Shown here: positions 13,401-25,266 of the stretch, piece by piece | How the letters are laid out: every line of letters starts with the position of its first letter | Position numbering within the stretch: position 1 is the first letter of the stretch | Source: Yuukianura sp. NJ FZ-2021 | Lineage: Eukaryota | Direction: 5' to 3' | DNA: 64,000 nt | NCBI GenBank assembly: GCA_046563655.1 | Contig: CM102290.1 | Span: forward strand, 14,942,001 to 15,006,000 | Notes under the pieces: generated by a model | Told to the model about the DNA's origin: nothing | The model's input: only the letters and a program-made list of their open reading frames with translations | Database searches by the model: none | Made by a program: the position numbers and the translations under genes

Positions 13401-16400
13401 GAGACAGATTGAAGAAAATTATGTTGAACAAGGCAAACACGCTTGTCACAGCAGTTGCTAATTACACGCTTTTACACCGTGCATTTTAAAATACACGCCA
13501 CCCGTGTGACACACGCATTTCGAAAAGTCGTGCAAGGAAACACGTAATCTTTCTTCCGTTTTGTGCCTTGTTAATTTGACTTGAATTAGCACTTAGAAAC
13601 TTTAAGATTTCACTCCAGAAACATTTTAATTAAAGAAAACATTTTTCAAAATTTTGAAAATGTTGAAATTTTGGGTTACCAATGAGAATGCTGTACTCGA
13701 TGCTGAATGGATACAAGTACGGTGACATTTTGAGAACAATTTCTGAAATGGGTGAAAACTGGACACAGGGATCGTAGATTGATGTGATGTCGGATGTGGA
13801 GTTGAGGAAGTCAAACACATTGTCATGTCGCTCTACAAATTTCAAAAAAATAAAAAAAAAGATCAATTTCCAAAAAAAAATTGGATTTTTTCGTAACAGT
13901 GACAAAATTGATTCATTCATGAGAATCATGAATACGAATAGGGCTTCAGATTTTATTCTTCTCCTAGTGAAAGCGTCAACTTCACTTTTAAAAGTCATTT
14001 CAAAACTTTCAACCTACATGACATACTTGTACGGAAAAAAATCCCACCGTACCATTGCTACAATTTCTCAACTACTATTTAAAAACCTAGTTTTCGAAAA
14101 TTTAGAATTTGTAAGTCACTTTTCCTTGATTTTTAATTGTAACATTTGGAAAACAGCAATTACGGTTCAATCCTGGCAGGAAATAACTGCACAGGATTAA
14201 AAATTCAAAATTTCAAAAATTCCAATTTTGGCTAGAGCAAATTCCTCGTTAAAATTTTTACCAAACTTGAAAAAATGTTGAGAAAAAAAAAACAAGCGGT
14301 GTGAAATGATGCGTGCAGGTTTGACGTAGACCAAAAAATAAAAGTCAACATGTGGGATACGGAGATTGGACTGCAGCGCACAATGGAACTGAATCCACAA
14401 CTTCGTCTTTTTCTTTTTTAAAAAAAGTAGGAACCACATTAGCATTTTGTGGGAAAGCTGGAAGTAGGAAAGTCTTTGTTATTTTTTCCTCGATTAAATT
14501 ATGCTCCAAAGTGGCTTAAAAGTATCTACCTGCTAAAACTTCTAATTTCATTTCCGTTTTTCAAAACAACCACTTTACCCGGGTTTTCAAAAAAAAAGAA
14601 TGTTGACGTTTTAGTGTTACTCAAATTTTGAATCATGTCAAACCTAATTCCATTTCAACTTTGAAAGGCCGCAAACAGGAACAACCCGGAAACGACAATT
14701 CAATAATTTTCAAATTGACTTTACAAAAATGACTTACAAAATTTCCTTAAATTTCCTACACAAACGGAAAATTTTGAAGCAAAAAGAAATGAAGTTTTGA
14801 CATAATTTCGGTGTTGAGAAAAATATTCGTGGAAAAATTTGAACCTGTACCCACATTCGGTTGAAACAAAAAAGAAAGTGGAGAAAGTTTTGTTTTAGTT
14901 TTTTTTTTCGAAGTGTTTTTTTTTTTAAATTTGTTCCAATTCTCCCGCTGTGGATTGGACAGTGTTAATTTGTTAGTTTGGACTGTGATAAACTGACCTT
15001 CCTCAATATAAATGGTGAGTGGAAGTGGAATGAGTGAGGCGAGACTCTCCCCATGCTGCGGAAAGTGATTGGCGTGGTGGTGCTGGATGATGCTGGCGTT
15101 GGAGGTGGCTGTGGGTTCGAGTCCCGCTGGCGGACCCTTCCCTCTGTGTTGGACCATCTTGTGGTAGAGGGAGTCTGCCGTTTCTCTGAGGATGCTCCAG
15201 AACCAGAAGCAGAGGCTGGAGGAGATGCAGTGCATGAGGGCAAAGCGAGACAGCTCCTGATGCCTGTTGATGATCACCTACAAACAACATTTTTCAAAAA
15301 AAACGCCAAAAACTTGGGCAGGGGAACCTTTTCGCGCCAAAAGAGCGGGCAAACAACTTTTTCGCGCCAAAAGAGCGGAGAAACAACTTTTCAATCTCCT
15401 TTCTCCATTCTTATCCCCAGAGGAGTCGGAGATTAGCATTCTACCAAATTCAACTTTCACTTTACCTTTTTTAATTTAAATAAGAAACGGAGATTTAAGG
15501 TCCAACTTTTTTTGAAAAAAGAAAGGTGTAACTTTTTGAAAAAAAAAGTTTTGTACAGAATCAGCTACTTTCACTTTTCTTCGAAACAGCGGCAACAGGT
15601 AAGCAAGAAAAAAGTTTCAAAAGTGAAAGTTTTTTTTTTTTGAGAGAAAGTGCTTTACAAAGTAGAGGATAATGGAAATGGAAGGGAACGTTACCCCGTT
15701 AACCCGGCGGGTCAACCGGGTACATGGAAGGTACAAGATCAGCTTATTAATTGGAACCCTAATTAACCCGGCAGGTTAACCTGGCACGTACTTGGACAGG
15801 TCAATGTTTAGACATACTTTGTAAATGGCGGGAAATTCAAAAAATGCCTTGGGCCTTTTCTTTTCCCACGTTTTCCCTTAGTTTTTTTGTTAAAGTTAAA
15901 GTGAAAGCACTGTACCTTTTTTTATAGAAAAAATAACAGCACTTATCATTATTGCTTTTTTCTTTCCAGCGCTTTCTTTTCCAACTGATAGACGGCAGAA
16001 ACGGCTAAAAATCTAGAAATGACGCTTGGAGCCAATGTTCGTAAACCAGAAAATAGTTTTTTGCTTAACAGGTTAGGCGATAAAGTCACTTTTCTATTTT
16101 TTCCCCCCAAAATTGCAAAATTGACAAAATTAACTTTCGGAAATCGATTTTTTAAATTCATTTTGAACGCTCAATTTGCAATTTGGTACAAAGGTTCTAA
16201 CCTACAGTTTGGTGCCTAACCTGTTAAAGGAAATTTTTTGTAGCTATAGGAACCTTGCTTGGAGCAAAGCGCTGAATTGAGCGATTGCTGGTTTGACTTA
16301 CGTTAGAGTACTTGAAGATGACGAATAGAAGTAGAAATGAGTAGATGGGAAAAAGAACTTCGAGAATGAGGTTCGTGACGTTGGCACATCGATCGTACAC

Positions 16401-19213
16401 TTTCTCATCCTCTGTTGTGAAGAAGATGATCTGACGACACAGCAGCAGTCCCGAGTGAATCAAATGACCAAAACAAAACCCTAATCACCAAAAAAAGTTA
16501 CTATTTTTGAAAAAAAAAAGTCAAAATTTTTGAAAACTTCAAAACTTTAAAATTTTGGCCAACCTGCTGCTCCTATTTTGAGGTAGAAGCTGCCCGAGTG
16601 CCGACTTTTGCAGAAAGTGTAGCTTCCTTCTTTGTAGATCCTGGTGGAGTAGAAAGAGCGGCGGGAAGAGACTGGGATGGAGACATGCGAAGTGGAGGCG
16701 TCGTCGTCAAGGTCATCCTGTGCTCTGATTGGTTGATGAGGGTGACCAATCGGAGTGTGCGTTGTGCTGTAGTGATGGTGACAACTGGGGGGCTTGTGGT
16801 CGTAGGCGACGTCGCCCGTGGCTGTGCGTGAGTCTGCGCAGTTGGTGGCCCAGACGCTGTGCTCCAGTCGTGCTCGTTCTTTGCGCATGAGGGTTTGGTG
16901 CCTTCGGATATCCCAGTACAGGAAAATCAGCCACGCCAACCCCATCACAAGCAAGTACACGCTGAAAATCTAAGGTCAAAGGTCAAATTTTTAAAGGTCA
17001 AAGTCAGTTTGCAAAGGTCAAAGGTCAAGGTCACTAACCTCGGCCATGGTGGCTTGACGTGTTATCAGATCAGCAATGTACACAACAACGCCCAGCATTA
17101 GCACAAATATGGCATAGATGCAGCTAAGAATCACGGTCAAGTAGCCTCTGCAAATTTCAAAATTTGGAAAAATTAAAAGAAAAAGTCAGGAATTTTTTTT
17201 CTTCAGAAATACTTTATTCAACACTTGAATTTTGTCGAGAATTTTTGTGCTTTTGTTTGTTTTTGTGTTTAGAAAAGTTTTTGAAAACCAAAGATCAAAG
17301 TAAAAGTTATGGTTGTTAAAAAAGAACGATCATTACGTGAACAAAAATCTAAAGAAAATTATTTTAATAATCCGGACCGTCTTTTTGAAAACTTTTTTTA
17401 AAAACTTCTCTGAATTTAAAAAATTTGAAATCAACGCTAGGTTTTTAGTTCCACGAAAATCACAATCCCCAAACAAAAGTTTTGGTTCGAAGCAAAATAT
17501 TTCGGAATAATTGTTTCCAAATACAAAAATATCTTTTTTGCCCCACTCTGCACAAAGAAAAGTTTGCAGAGATGGGCATGCGGTGGAAATTTTGCACTAA
17601 TCAACTGTCTGGCGTCATGCTCCCATTCCAAAATTCGTGTTTCTCTAAAAACTTCAAAAATTGACTTAACTGAAAACTTTTGTGGAAAAGTCCTTTGTTT
17701 AGTTCATCAAAGTTAAAGAAAAGAGACATTTATTACCTTCCCGAATAAAGCAAAAGAACAATGCACGTTGACTTTAATAAAAGTTAAGATGAAGAGTTTT
17801 GTTATATGTTGGATGCATCAAGACTTTCTGAGCATGAGCATTTCCCTTGATTCATTTCCAACAATTAGAGCGCACAACTTAACAAATTGAATCACCAAAA
17901 CAATTACTTTTGTCACATAACTCTAATAATGTTGTGTTTAAGTTACGTGAGGCTAATAACCTAATTAGGCTAAAAAGTGTCGAAACGTCAAACGTTTTGC
18001 GGTTTATTGCGTACTGAGAGTGGTTTAGGATTTGCGGTTTGCTTATATGAATTCCTTTGACACAGTTTTTTCTTTTTATAGGAAAACGAGAATTCTAAGC
18101 ATTCGCACTGGGACTGAGCCCCAGACAATTCCATAATCTTTCTTATTACTACTGAAATCCTACACTTAAATGTGTGTTTGCTTTCAAAATTTGAAAAATT
18201 CAGTTGCAAAATAAATTTTGATGGTATTTGAATTTTGAAAACTCGATTTTTTTATGGTAGTTATTTACTGTGGCGTTGGATCTGTGCGGAATTGAGCATG
18301 ATAGCCCAATTGGTAGAGAGAGCATTTTCCCGGAGTGAAGGGCTGTGAGTTCGAATCACACTCGGTTCTTTATATTTTTTGTCACATTATGTTTCGGTAA
18401 CTTACTTGAACATTGACTTCTTGTCTTCCTTGGTCGTAGGGGGGGCTGGAGGGGGGCGACTGGCCGAGGGACTAATCAGAGAATCCGGGTAGTGGAAAGA
18501 GGCGGGAGTTTTGGATTTCAAGTCATTCCGAACGCCGGAGCTCAGCGGAGTTTTGGGAGTCTGTTGACCTTGGAGCATTCCCCCTGCAATCAACACCAGA
18601 AATTATGCTAGACCAAGGTTTTTTGACTTGGATATTCTTTAACAGGTTGGGTAATACCTCATGTTTATTTCTTTTTTGATTTTGCAAAAAAAAGAAGTAG
18701 TTTTTAGTTTTTTCATTTCAGGGCATTGTAGCCAAATAAGCCAAACAATACAGCCTTTTTTTAATTTTGCATACGAAGTGGTACTTTTTTATAGCAATTT
18801 TTCGGATTTGTTACTAAAATTGGTACCAAATTCTGTTTTTTTTTCGTCTTTCTGTCAGCAAGCGAGGTAGTACCCAACCTGTTAAAGAAAATTAATTTTT
18901 CTTTGGCAAGGAACCTTGGGCTAGACTTAAATTGACGCATAAAACTAAAAAGTTAGATGATGCTGGGCTAACCACCGGAATATTCAAAGTTGAGGAGAGA
19001 CTCATCTCCGAGTCTGCTTTCCGTGAATGAGTTGAGGGAGGCGTGACCTTGACCTGGCCAAGGTTCACCTAGCTTGTTTTTGTCCCGACAACAGTTGAGG
19101 CGACACTTGGATTTGTTCACTTGCTGGGTCAGCAGTCGTCCGGTTCGGTTTGACCCGGCACGGTTGTCCACATTGTTGTTTGTAGGTTCCGGCAATACTA
19201 TCTGCAGCACCAT
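10406..19213 (-). CDS. Otop: Otopetrin family proton channel, 9 coding exons, about 785 aa
   Basis: Exons complement(18973-19213, 18406-18583, 17039-17147, 16564-16969, 16302-16480, 14998-15277, 13680-13832, 12633-13129, 10406-10720). All introns are GT-AG with matching phases; total 2358 nt. Otopetrin motifs: HSGSFYLKIGAAGFCFGHLIHSG, FKYSNVIINRH, YLYPFSIEYSIL, DCHSANKGLFAG, KKPGRELVTFLIVCN, FYRFHSSVCLVDIW. The start Met at 19213 is the least certain part, and the paralog (OtopLa/b/c) is not assigned. Confidence 0.95.
10909..11112. mobile_element. hAT-like MITE (CAGTG ends), copy 2
   Basis: The first ~150 nt are colinear with 9948-10139. It ends in CACTG and the TSD is degenerate. Confidence 0.8.
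12252..12499. mobile_element. CAAGGTT-ended MITE, subfamily A
   Basis: Ends CAAGGTT / AACCTTG. Subterminal inverted repeat CTTTAACAGGTTGAGTA / TACTCAACCTGTTAAAG. Flanks AAAGGAGG / AACGGAGG (7/8 TSD). Confidence 0.9.
13153..13233 (+). ncRNA. tRNA-derived element / pseudo-tRNA (SINE-head-like), copy 1
   Basis: A-box-like TAGCCCAATTGGTAGAG, B box GGTTCGAGTCC in a perfect T stem GTGGG/CCCAC, and a 3' T-run. There is no canonical anticodon arm. Similar to 18294-18380. Confidence 0.7.
15329..15391. repeat. 30-bp tandem duplication containing TTTTCGCGCCAAAA
   Basis: Units in register at 15331 and 15361. Confidence 0.85.
16033..16257. mobile_element. CAAGGTT-family MITE (variant)
   Basis: Ends CAATGTTC / GAACCTTG, internal TTAACAGGTTAGGC / GCCTAACCTGTTAA, and a perfect 8-bp TSD CTTGGAGC (16025-16032, 16258-16265). 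Confidence 0.88.
18294..18380 (+). ncRNA. tRNA-derived element / pseudo-tRNA (SINE-head-like), copy 2
   Basis: Shares GATAGCCCAATTGGTAGAGAGA, CCCGGAGTGA, GTTCGA and GGTTCTTT with copy 1, followed by a T-run. Confidence 0.7.
18614..18918. mobile_element. CAAGGTT-ended MITE, subfamily A (opposite orientation)
   Basis: Same termini and subterminal inverted repeat. Flanks TGCTAGAC / GGCTAGAC (7/8 TSD). Confidence 0.9.
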
Positions 19214-19673
19214 TGTCCCCCGTCCATGTCCATCCTCAACCACTCCAAACTCCCACCATTCCGTCTCCCCACAACCACCAAACTTCACTTCTAAAAGTTA
19301 CACAACAAACATTTTTCAAATTTTGAAACAGTGAAATTTTTTGAAATTTGGATTTTGAATTTTGAAGTTGTCATTGAAAAAGTGTCAGTTCCATGCCCAT
19401 TCACAATTTGACAAGAAGGATGTGCTTTGTTTTTAGAAAAAGAAAATGAAAATAAAAAAAAAACGCTTTTTCCTCGAGGCCTGCACAAGTGAAAGGAAAA
19501 ACTACACGACTTTCAATTATTTCTACTTTCTCCGTTTCTGCTACTCCGATCATGTCATGGACGCTCATGGACGGAAAGTTCCGGACGGGTTCTTATTACT
19601 CCAAAACATAACACCAATGAGCATACTAAGTCCACAGACTTCGGTCCTTGCAGGACGTCCACAAGTAGCCGTC

Positions 19674-19900
19674 CAAGGTCCCTTGACAACCGAATTGTAA
19701 TTCCCACAACAGGTTATCCAATAACTCAGGGTTTCCAAAAATGTTACTTCAAACAAATTTCTGCATCAATCCCATCTACATTACATGCGAAAAATCACCT
19801 TCACCATAGAAAAGCAGATTTGCTATTTTCAAACAAATTTTAAAACTTCCAGTTATTGGACAACCTGGTAGAGAAATTTTTTTTTTGTTGACGAACCTTG
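19674..19900. mobile_element. CAAGGT-ended MITE, subfamily B
   Basis: Ends CAAGGT / ACCTTG, internal CAGGTTATCCAATAACT / AGTTATTGGACAACCTG, and a perfect TSD TAGCCGTC. Confidence 0.92.
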
Positions 19901-21098
19901 TAGCCGTCCATGACCGTCAGAGAATGAATGTGGACATATCTTTGGAGACAAAAAAGGAACCTCTAGTTTTGAATAGCTTAACATTTGATTTTTTGGTATA
20001 ATGCTACAGTTTCCGTCTTATGTCCATGACAGAATCCGTCCACAAATGGCCGTCCATGCCCGTCCTGGACTGGTGGACGTTTCGTGGAAGAAAGGGAAGA
20101 AAGGAAACCTTAGGAAATTGGAGGAGTGTGATTGGACGGAGATGAGATTGGGCATCTTTTGCCCCCCATGCTTCCACCTTCATTATGGGGGCACAGAATC
20201 ACTCCAAAAAATGATTAATGAATCTCCAACTCCATTTCAAATTTGTTCCCGCCTCCTATTCACCAATTCAAAAAGTCCCGCTTTTCCCGCTCTCTCGTCT
20301 GCCCACAAGGAAGATGGAAGATTAGGACACAAATTTCCCGCTCTTTTGTGTCACATGGCTTCCCTTTCACTCAAAAAGTCACATCTTCACTCATTTCCTC
20401 AAGCCCTATTTTCAAATCCTTTCAATTTTATAAACCTTTGGGACTGTACTGATTAGTAATTGAAAATTCTACATTTCTATTAACCTTTGCTCTACTTAAA
20501 ATTTGTTTTCACGTTTTGACCTTGGGGCATCTTAACATTTTTTGTTTTACCGTTGATCAGAAACAATATAGGTTTCGAGGCAAACTGCGTTAAACATTCT
20601 GAAAATTCAAAAAAGTTAAAAATTTAAATTTTTAAGCGTTTAAATTTTTTGGGGGTTTCCTACGTCCTCTAAACGTCACAAACTAATTTTTCTGTGGTTT
20701 TGCGCCTGTGCGGTGTGAAATTGTTGTGTTTTGTAAGTAAATCGTTGTTTGACTTGAATTTGTCATTCTGTGGGAACCTTGTCAAGGATTTTTTAGGTTC
20801 ACTGACGACTGTAACAAATTTCAAAAGTTTTTTTTTTTTTTTACAAAAGAAATGACTTTAAAAAAAAATTTTTTTTTTACAAATTTACTACTATAAAAAA
20901 ATTAGGAAATATTGGAAGGGTAGATGAGTGCCAAAAGTGGGTTACGGTAACCATCAATACAAATGAGATGAGGAAACGTTTATGGTGGGCAGTCAAGCCC
21001 AACCGTCATTTTAAGGAGCTTTGAGGACGTGCACAGACGCACGTTTTTAGTATCTTCTGAGCACTTTCAGTTCCTCAAAACGTTTGTAGAGGAAACAA

Positions 21099-21333
21099 CA
21101 ATGTTCATAAACAAACAAAAATGTTTTTTCTACACCAGGTTGTCCAATAACTCGTAGTTTTAAAAATTGTATGTAAATATCAAATCTTCCGATCTAAGAT
21201 AATTGTTTGTATGTTGTCTCAATGGAATTGGTGCTAAATTGGCGCCAAAAGTATTTGAATCAAGATTTTTGAAAACCCTGAGTTATTGGACAACCTGTTG
21301 TAGGAAATACAATTTGTTTGTCAAGGAACCTTG
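21099..21333. mobile_element. CAAGGTT-family MITE, subfamily B (opposite orientation)
   Basis: Reverse complement of 19674-19900 and 63463-63766, with the same internal inverted repeat. The TSD is degenerate. Confidence 0.85.
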
Positions 21334-21340
21334 GGAAAAG

Positions 21341-21423
21341 CAGTGCTAATGGAGGGAGTAACTATGAAACAGTGACGATGGAGGGAGTAACTATGAAACA
21401 GTGTAATGGAGGGAGTAACAATG
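21341..21423. repeat. 28-29 bp tandem repeat, about 3 copies, core ATGGAGGGAGTAACTATGAAACAGTG
   Basis: GGAGGGAGTAAC at 21351, 21380 and 21408. Confidence 0.9.
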
Positions 21424-21950
21424 TCTGTTATGTGAGTGCGCATGTGCAGATGTGTGAAGTGGGTCTGCTGCTGACCTACTGACATTTCTTCCTTCCTTTC
21501 CCTTTCCGTTCCAAACCAATGACCAGACCAGGATTCAAACAAAAGAATCCAAATTTTCAGGTTTCTTAAATTTTGGAAAATGAGATTAGGTTTTCAAAAT
21601 TTTGAAATAAGTTACGCTAGCCTAATGTAAGAAACGGGAGTGGTGAAGAAATGAACTTGACTAATCTGACCTTTGACCCCTCGAGATTTTTCATGTGAAA
21701 AAGTTTGACCTTGAAAATTTGAGAGGCATGAAGATGAAAAAGCGTGAAACAAAACTTGTGAAAAAAAAAATTGTAGGCAGATTTTTTGAATGTAAAAGTA
21801 GACTCATAGTTGAAATGTATAAATTAGTTAATTAATTAAGCACAGTTAATTAAATTTTACTTTTTACAAACGAACGTCTTGTAAAAATTCTTGAAGAAAA
21901 TGAGAGTTGAGGGTTAAAACCTTTCGAGAAACCCTTTTCCAGTAAGTTGA

Positions 21951-22023
21951 GGCCCTGTGGCGCAATGGATAACGCGTCTGACTACGAATCAGGAAATTGC
22001 AGGTTCGAGTCCTGCCAGGGTCG
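21951..22023 (+). tRNA. tRNA-Arg (anticodon ACG)
   Basis: 73 nt GGCCCTG...CAGGGTCG folds as a cloverleaf: acceptor GGCCCTG/CAGGGTC, anticodon arm TCTGA-CTACGAA-TCAGG, T arm GCAGG-TTCGAGT-CCTGC. A T-run Pol III terminator follows at 22030-22038. Confidence 0.95.
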
Positions 22024-23758
22024 AGGCTATTTTTTTTTGCTTAAATGAAGTTGATGCTTAAAATGAACATGTTTGCGTATTCGTTTAATTGAGGTTTTAC
22101 GCAAGGAATTGCCAAAATCCAGTTGTTCCACTTGTATGTCGTTACACTTTTCCAAGTCCACCACTTGAGAAGTTCAACGGTCACTGTCATGCGACATATC
22201 AAAGTCAACGCAACTTTTACTAAACACTTTTGTTTACTAAACACATTTACTCCAATTTGAAAACAAGTTCAACACGTTCATTTCATTGCCAAACACTTTG
22301 GATTTCAATCGCCTAATTGAACTTAAATACTCAAATTATTAAGTCATCAAAGTTACAAAGATACAAAACATGGTGAGCAACAACAAGAAAAATGCCAAAA
22401 ACTAAATTCATTTTCACCGGCAGAAACGTTTTGGCCGGCAGAAACATTTTGGCCGCTACTGGACGAAAGTCGGTTTCTTCTATTAAGAAGATTAAAACGT
22501 AATGCATAAGTGCAACAATGTAAGCATGTAAATGTAATGTAAGTATGTAAGTGTAATGTTCATGCAACAATGTAAACATTTAAATGGAGATAGAAATAGA
22601 AATTCATTTGAACTTCCATTGTCCACCAGAGAAAACGAAATTTACAACTTGCAAAATCACTCCAACTTACAGAAAGCTTTTTAAATGATGTCCATTCACT
22701 CCACTTTTTTTGTCAAAGATCTGTGAAAACGCAACTTTCAAAATCAAACACAAAACAACCAAATTGCAATTAAAATGGGATTTCCACAAATTGAGAAATT
22801 CAAACCTTGAGAAGCTGCTTGTGAAACCGCGTCCAATTCAAAAATGTTCCAATTTTTTTGAATGTTGCCGCCTGTGGAGCTTATTTAGTTATGAACTTAA
22901 CATTTCACTCAAGGTGATGAATCACAATGCGTCAAAATTTGAACAACAACAATCACAAAAAAAAACACAAATTTTTGAAAAAAATTCTCTGGATGCCGGT
23001 TCAAAAAACAAACTTGATTTTAATTTGGATTTGGGATTCGGTTTGAAAATGGTTAAATTGTTCTAAAACGAAAATTTTGGAAATTTGGAATTGGAAAATT
23101 CCATATTTGTATCACTTTGTGGAACATTGACCAAAATTTGAAAAATTGAAAAAGTGTTGGTTTGAGTTGTCTGACAGTTGGACAGTGACTGAAAAATGAG
23201 GTTCCTCGTATTTGGTAGAAGTGAATATTTAGGATCTACTGCGTGTGGACTTTTGTAGTTTACTTGAGCAGTGATCAAAACGGTTGCCATTGGGAACACT
23301 CTGCGCATGCGTCATGTACATGTACAGTCATGCCCAAAGTGTCTTCATGCAGAACCCCCACGGAGTGCCCCTCTTCTTGTCAACAGTCACTATCATGTTT
23401 TACCTCAGTTAAAGATGTTATTCCCTTTTTTCAGTTTCATAACAATCGCTCTGTACATTTCTCAATTTAATAATTTCCAATAATTAAATTCATAATCATT
23501 CACTACCGTAATATTTTACGAGTTTCTGGTTCTACTCGCTGGGAACTCTGTCCAAACTTGTTATCAGCACGGTGTCAGTTAAAGCTAACTTAAATATAAA
23601 AAATTTTCATAATTTCAAAATGTTGTTCTGAAGTAATTTTAATTTAATTGGCATAAAGTTCAGGTTGAAAAAGAGAAGGTTGACTGTTAGCGTCTTCTAG
23701 TAACGACAGTAGCAAATTACTCAACAGAGAATATTGTTACTTTTGAAATTAAATCGCC

Positions 23759-23771
23759 GCCACTAGAGGGC
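23759..23771 (+). promoter_or_regulatory. Candidate CTCF insulator motif
   Basis: GCCACTAGAGGGC matches the CTCF core CCACYAGRKGGC. It lies between the divergent otopetrin and kibra genes. Confidence 0.5.
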
Positions 23772-25266
23772 CACCGCTGTACAAATAATGAGGTCAGTAC
23801 TTGCTTTCTGTGTTGTTAGTTGCAAAGGTCACCAGCGGTCAACTTGATATTAGTGTCAAGGTGAATGTTAAGTTATGAACATAAATGTATGCTGTGGGAT
23901 CGTGCAGCACACGTTCGTTTAAATAATAGTAGTACCTACATATAATAAGAAACAGCAACATAAGTTTTTTGTAGGCAATGTGAAATGACACAAGATGAAA
24001 GAAGACATGAAAGGTCAGCAGGGTCACTCCTGCTGACCTTACAAATACTCACTTGCCCAGTGGAGTACAGTTAGCTAATGGTGCTCATAGTTAAGTTTAA
24101 TTTAGTTATTTTGATGTAGCTACTGCCTCCTTCAACCTCCTCCAAATACAGAAACAGCACAACACATTCTTCATCCAATTTCTTCTGCACTGTACTACAC
24201 CAAAAGGCAACGGTGAAAAATTTTATGGCGGACAATCACATACCAGAGTCCTTTTCGTACAAAATATTTTCCACTCCTTACAAGTTAGAAACTATTGGCA
24301 TTAGTTTTCAAAAAATGTATTCTAGGTTTTGGACGTATTTCAATTCATAAAAATTTAACTGAAACCTAGATTTGGGTTGTGGTCGAATTGATAAAAAATC
24401 AACTGAATTCTAACTTTTGAACGTGCCTGAATTGCAGAAAATTCAACTGCATTTTTTGGACGTGCTTGAATTGTGAAAAAGTCACATGTACAATACCTTT
24501 CGGAAAAAGTAAAGAGGCTCAGATTTCAATCTGATTCTGACTCTAGTAGAAATAGGATCAGAGTAAAATGGTCCTGAGTTCTCGTTTTTTCTGTAGTTCA
24601 TACCGGGAAAGAAGTTATGTTCCAAACTAAATAATTTATTTACCACAACAGCACTGGATTTGTAATGATTAATGATCAATGATGGTAGTAATTATAAATA
24701 TTATGAAGTTATGTTATGTTTTTAGAAAGAGAGAAATTGATGGTAGAAAATTGTGTAGCCACTATTCTACAATCACAATCACCCTCTAGAGTTTAGAATG
24801 AGCTTAAATCTGGACCTCTCTAGTATTGCCTTAGTTTTTGTACGCTTTTGTGTGAACAACACTGTATGTGACTGTGCTAAGTTATTGGAAGTTGATAAAA
24901 GTGAGTGTGTGCTGGGCCTCCATAGAGGAAAGGAGGGAGGGAGGGCCAAATTCCTGAGTGAGGAATGTGTGATGGCGTGCGTACTTTTCTGTTTGTTTTT
25001 TTTTCCTCTCCTCTTGTGCCAGAATGCTCAGTATAGTGACGGTAGTTGAGCCAGCAGGAGGGGACTCTTCTCTAACACAACTTTACTCTTTAACTTTAAT
25101 TAACAATTAGACACTTAGTTTCATGACCTTTCACTTCTACCACCGATTCCCACGCTAAGTCCCCCCTTCCGAGTCATGAGGGTCAGTGCAGTGGTCACTC
25201 CTGACCTCCCTCTCTACACTCGTCGTCACTCGCTCAATCCAAGTTAATTAGTTCACTGAGTGAGAC

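Noticed and set aside
13153..18380. Calling the two tRNA-like elements functional tRNAs
   Set aside because: There is no canonical D stem or anticodon stem-loop, and acceptor pairing is weak.
20001..20456. 151-aa + strand ORF or an upstream coding exon of otopetrin
   Set aside because: No recognisable domain. The ATG-started - strand frames ending at the donor near 20108 are not phase-compatible with the acceptor at 19290, so it is at most a 5' UTR exon.
21341..21423. CRISPR-like short direct repeats
   Set aside because: They are head-to-tail with no unique spacers, in a eukaryotic context with no cas genes.
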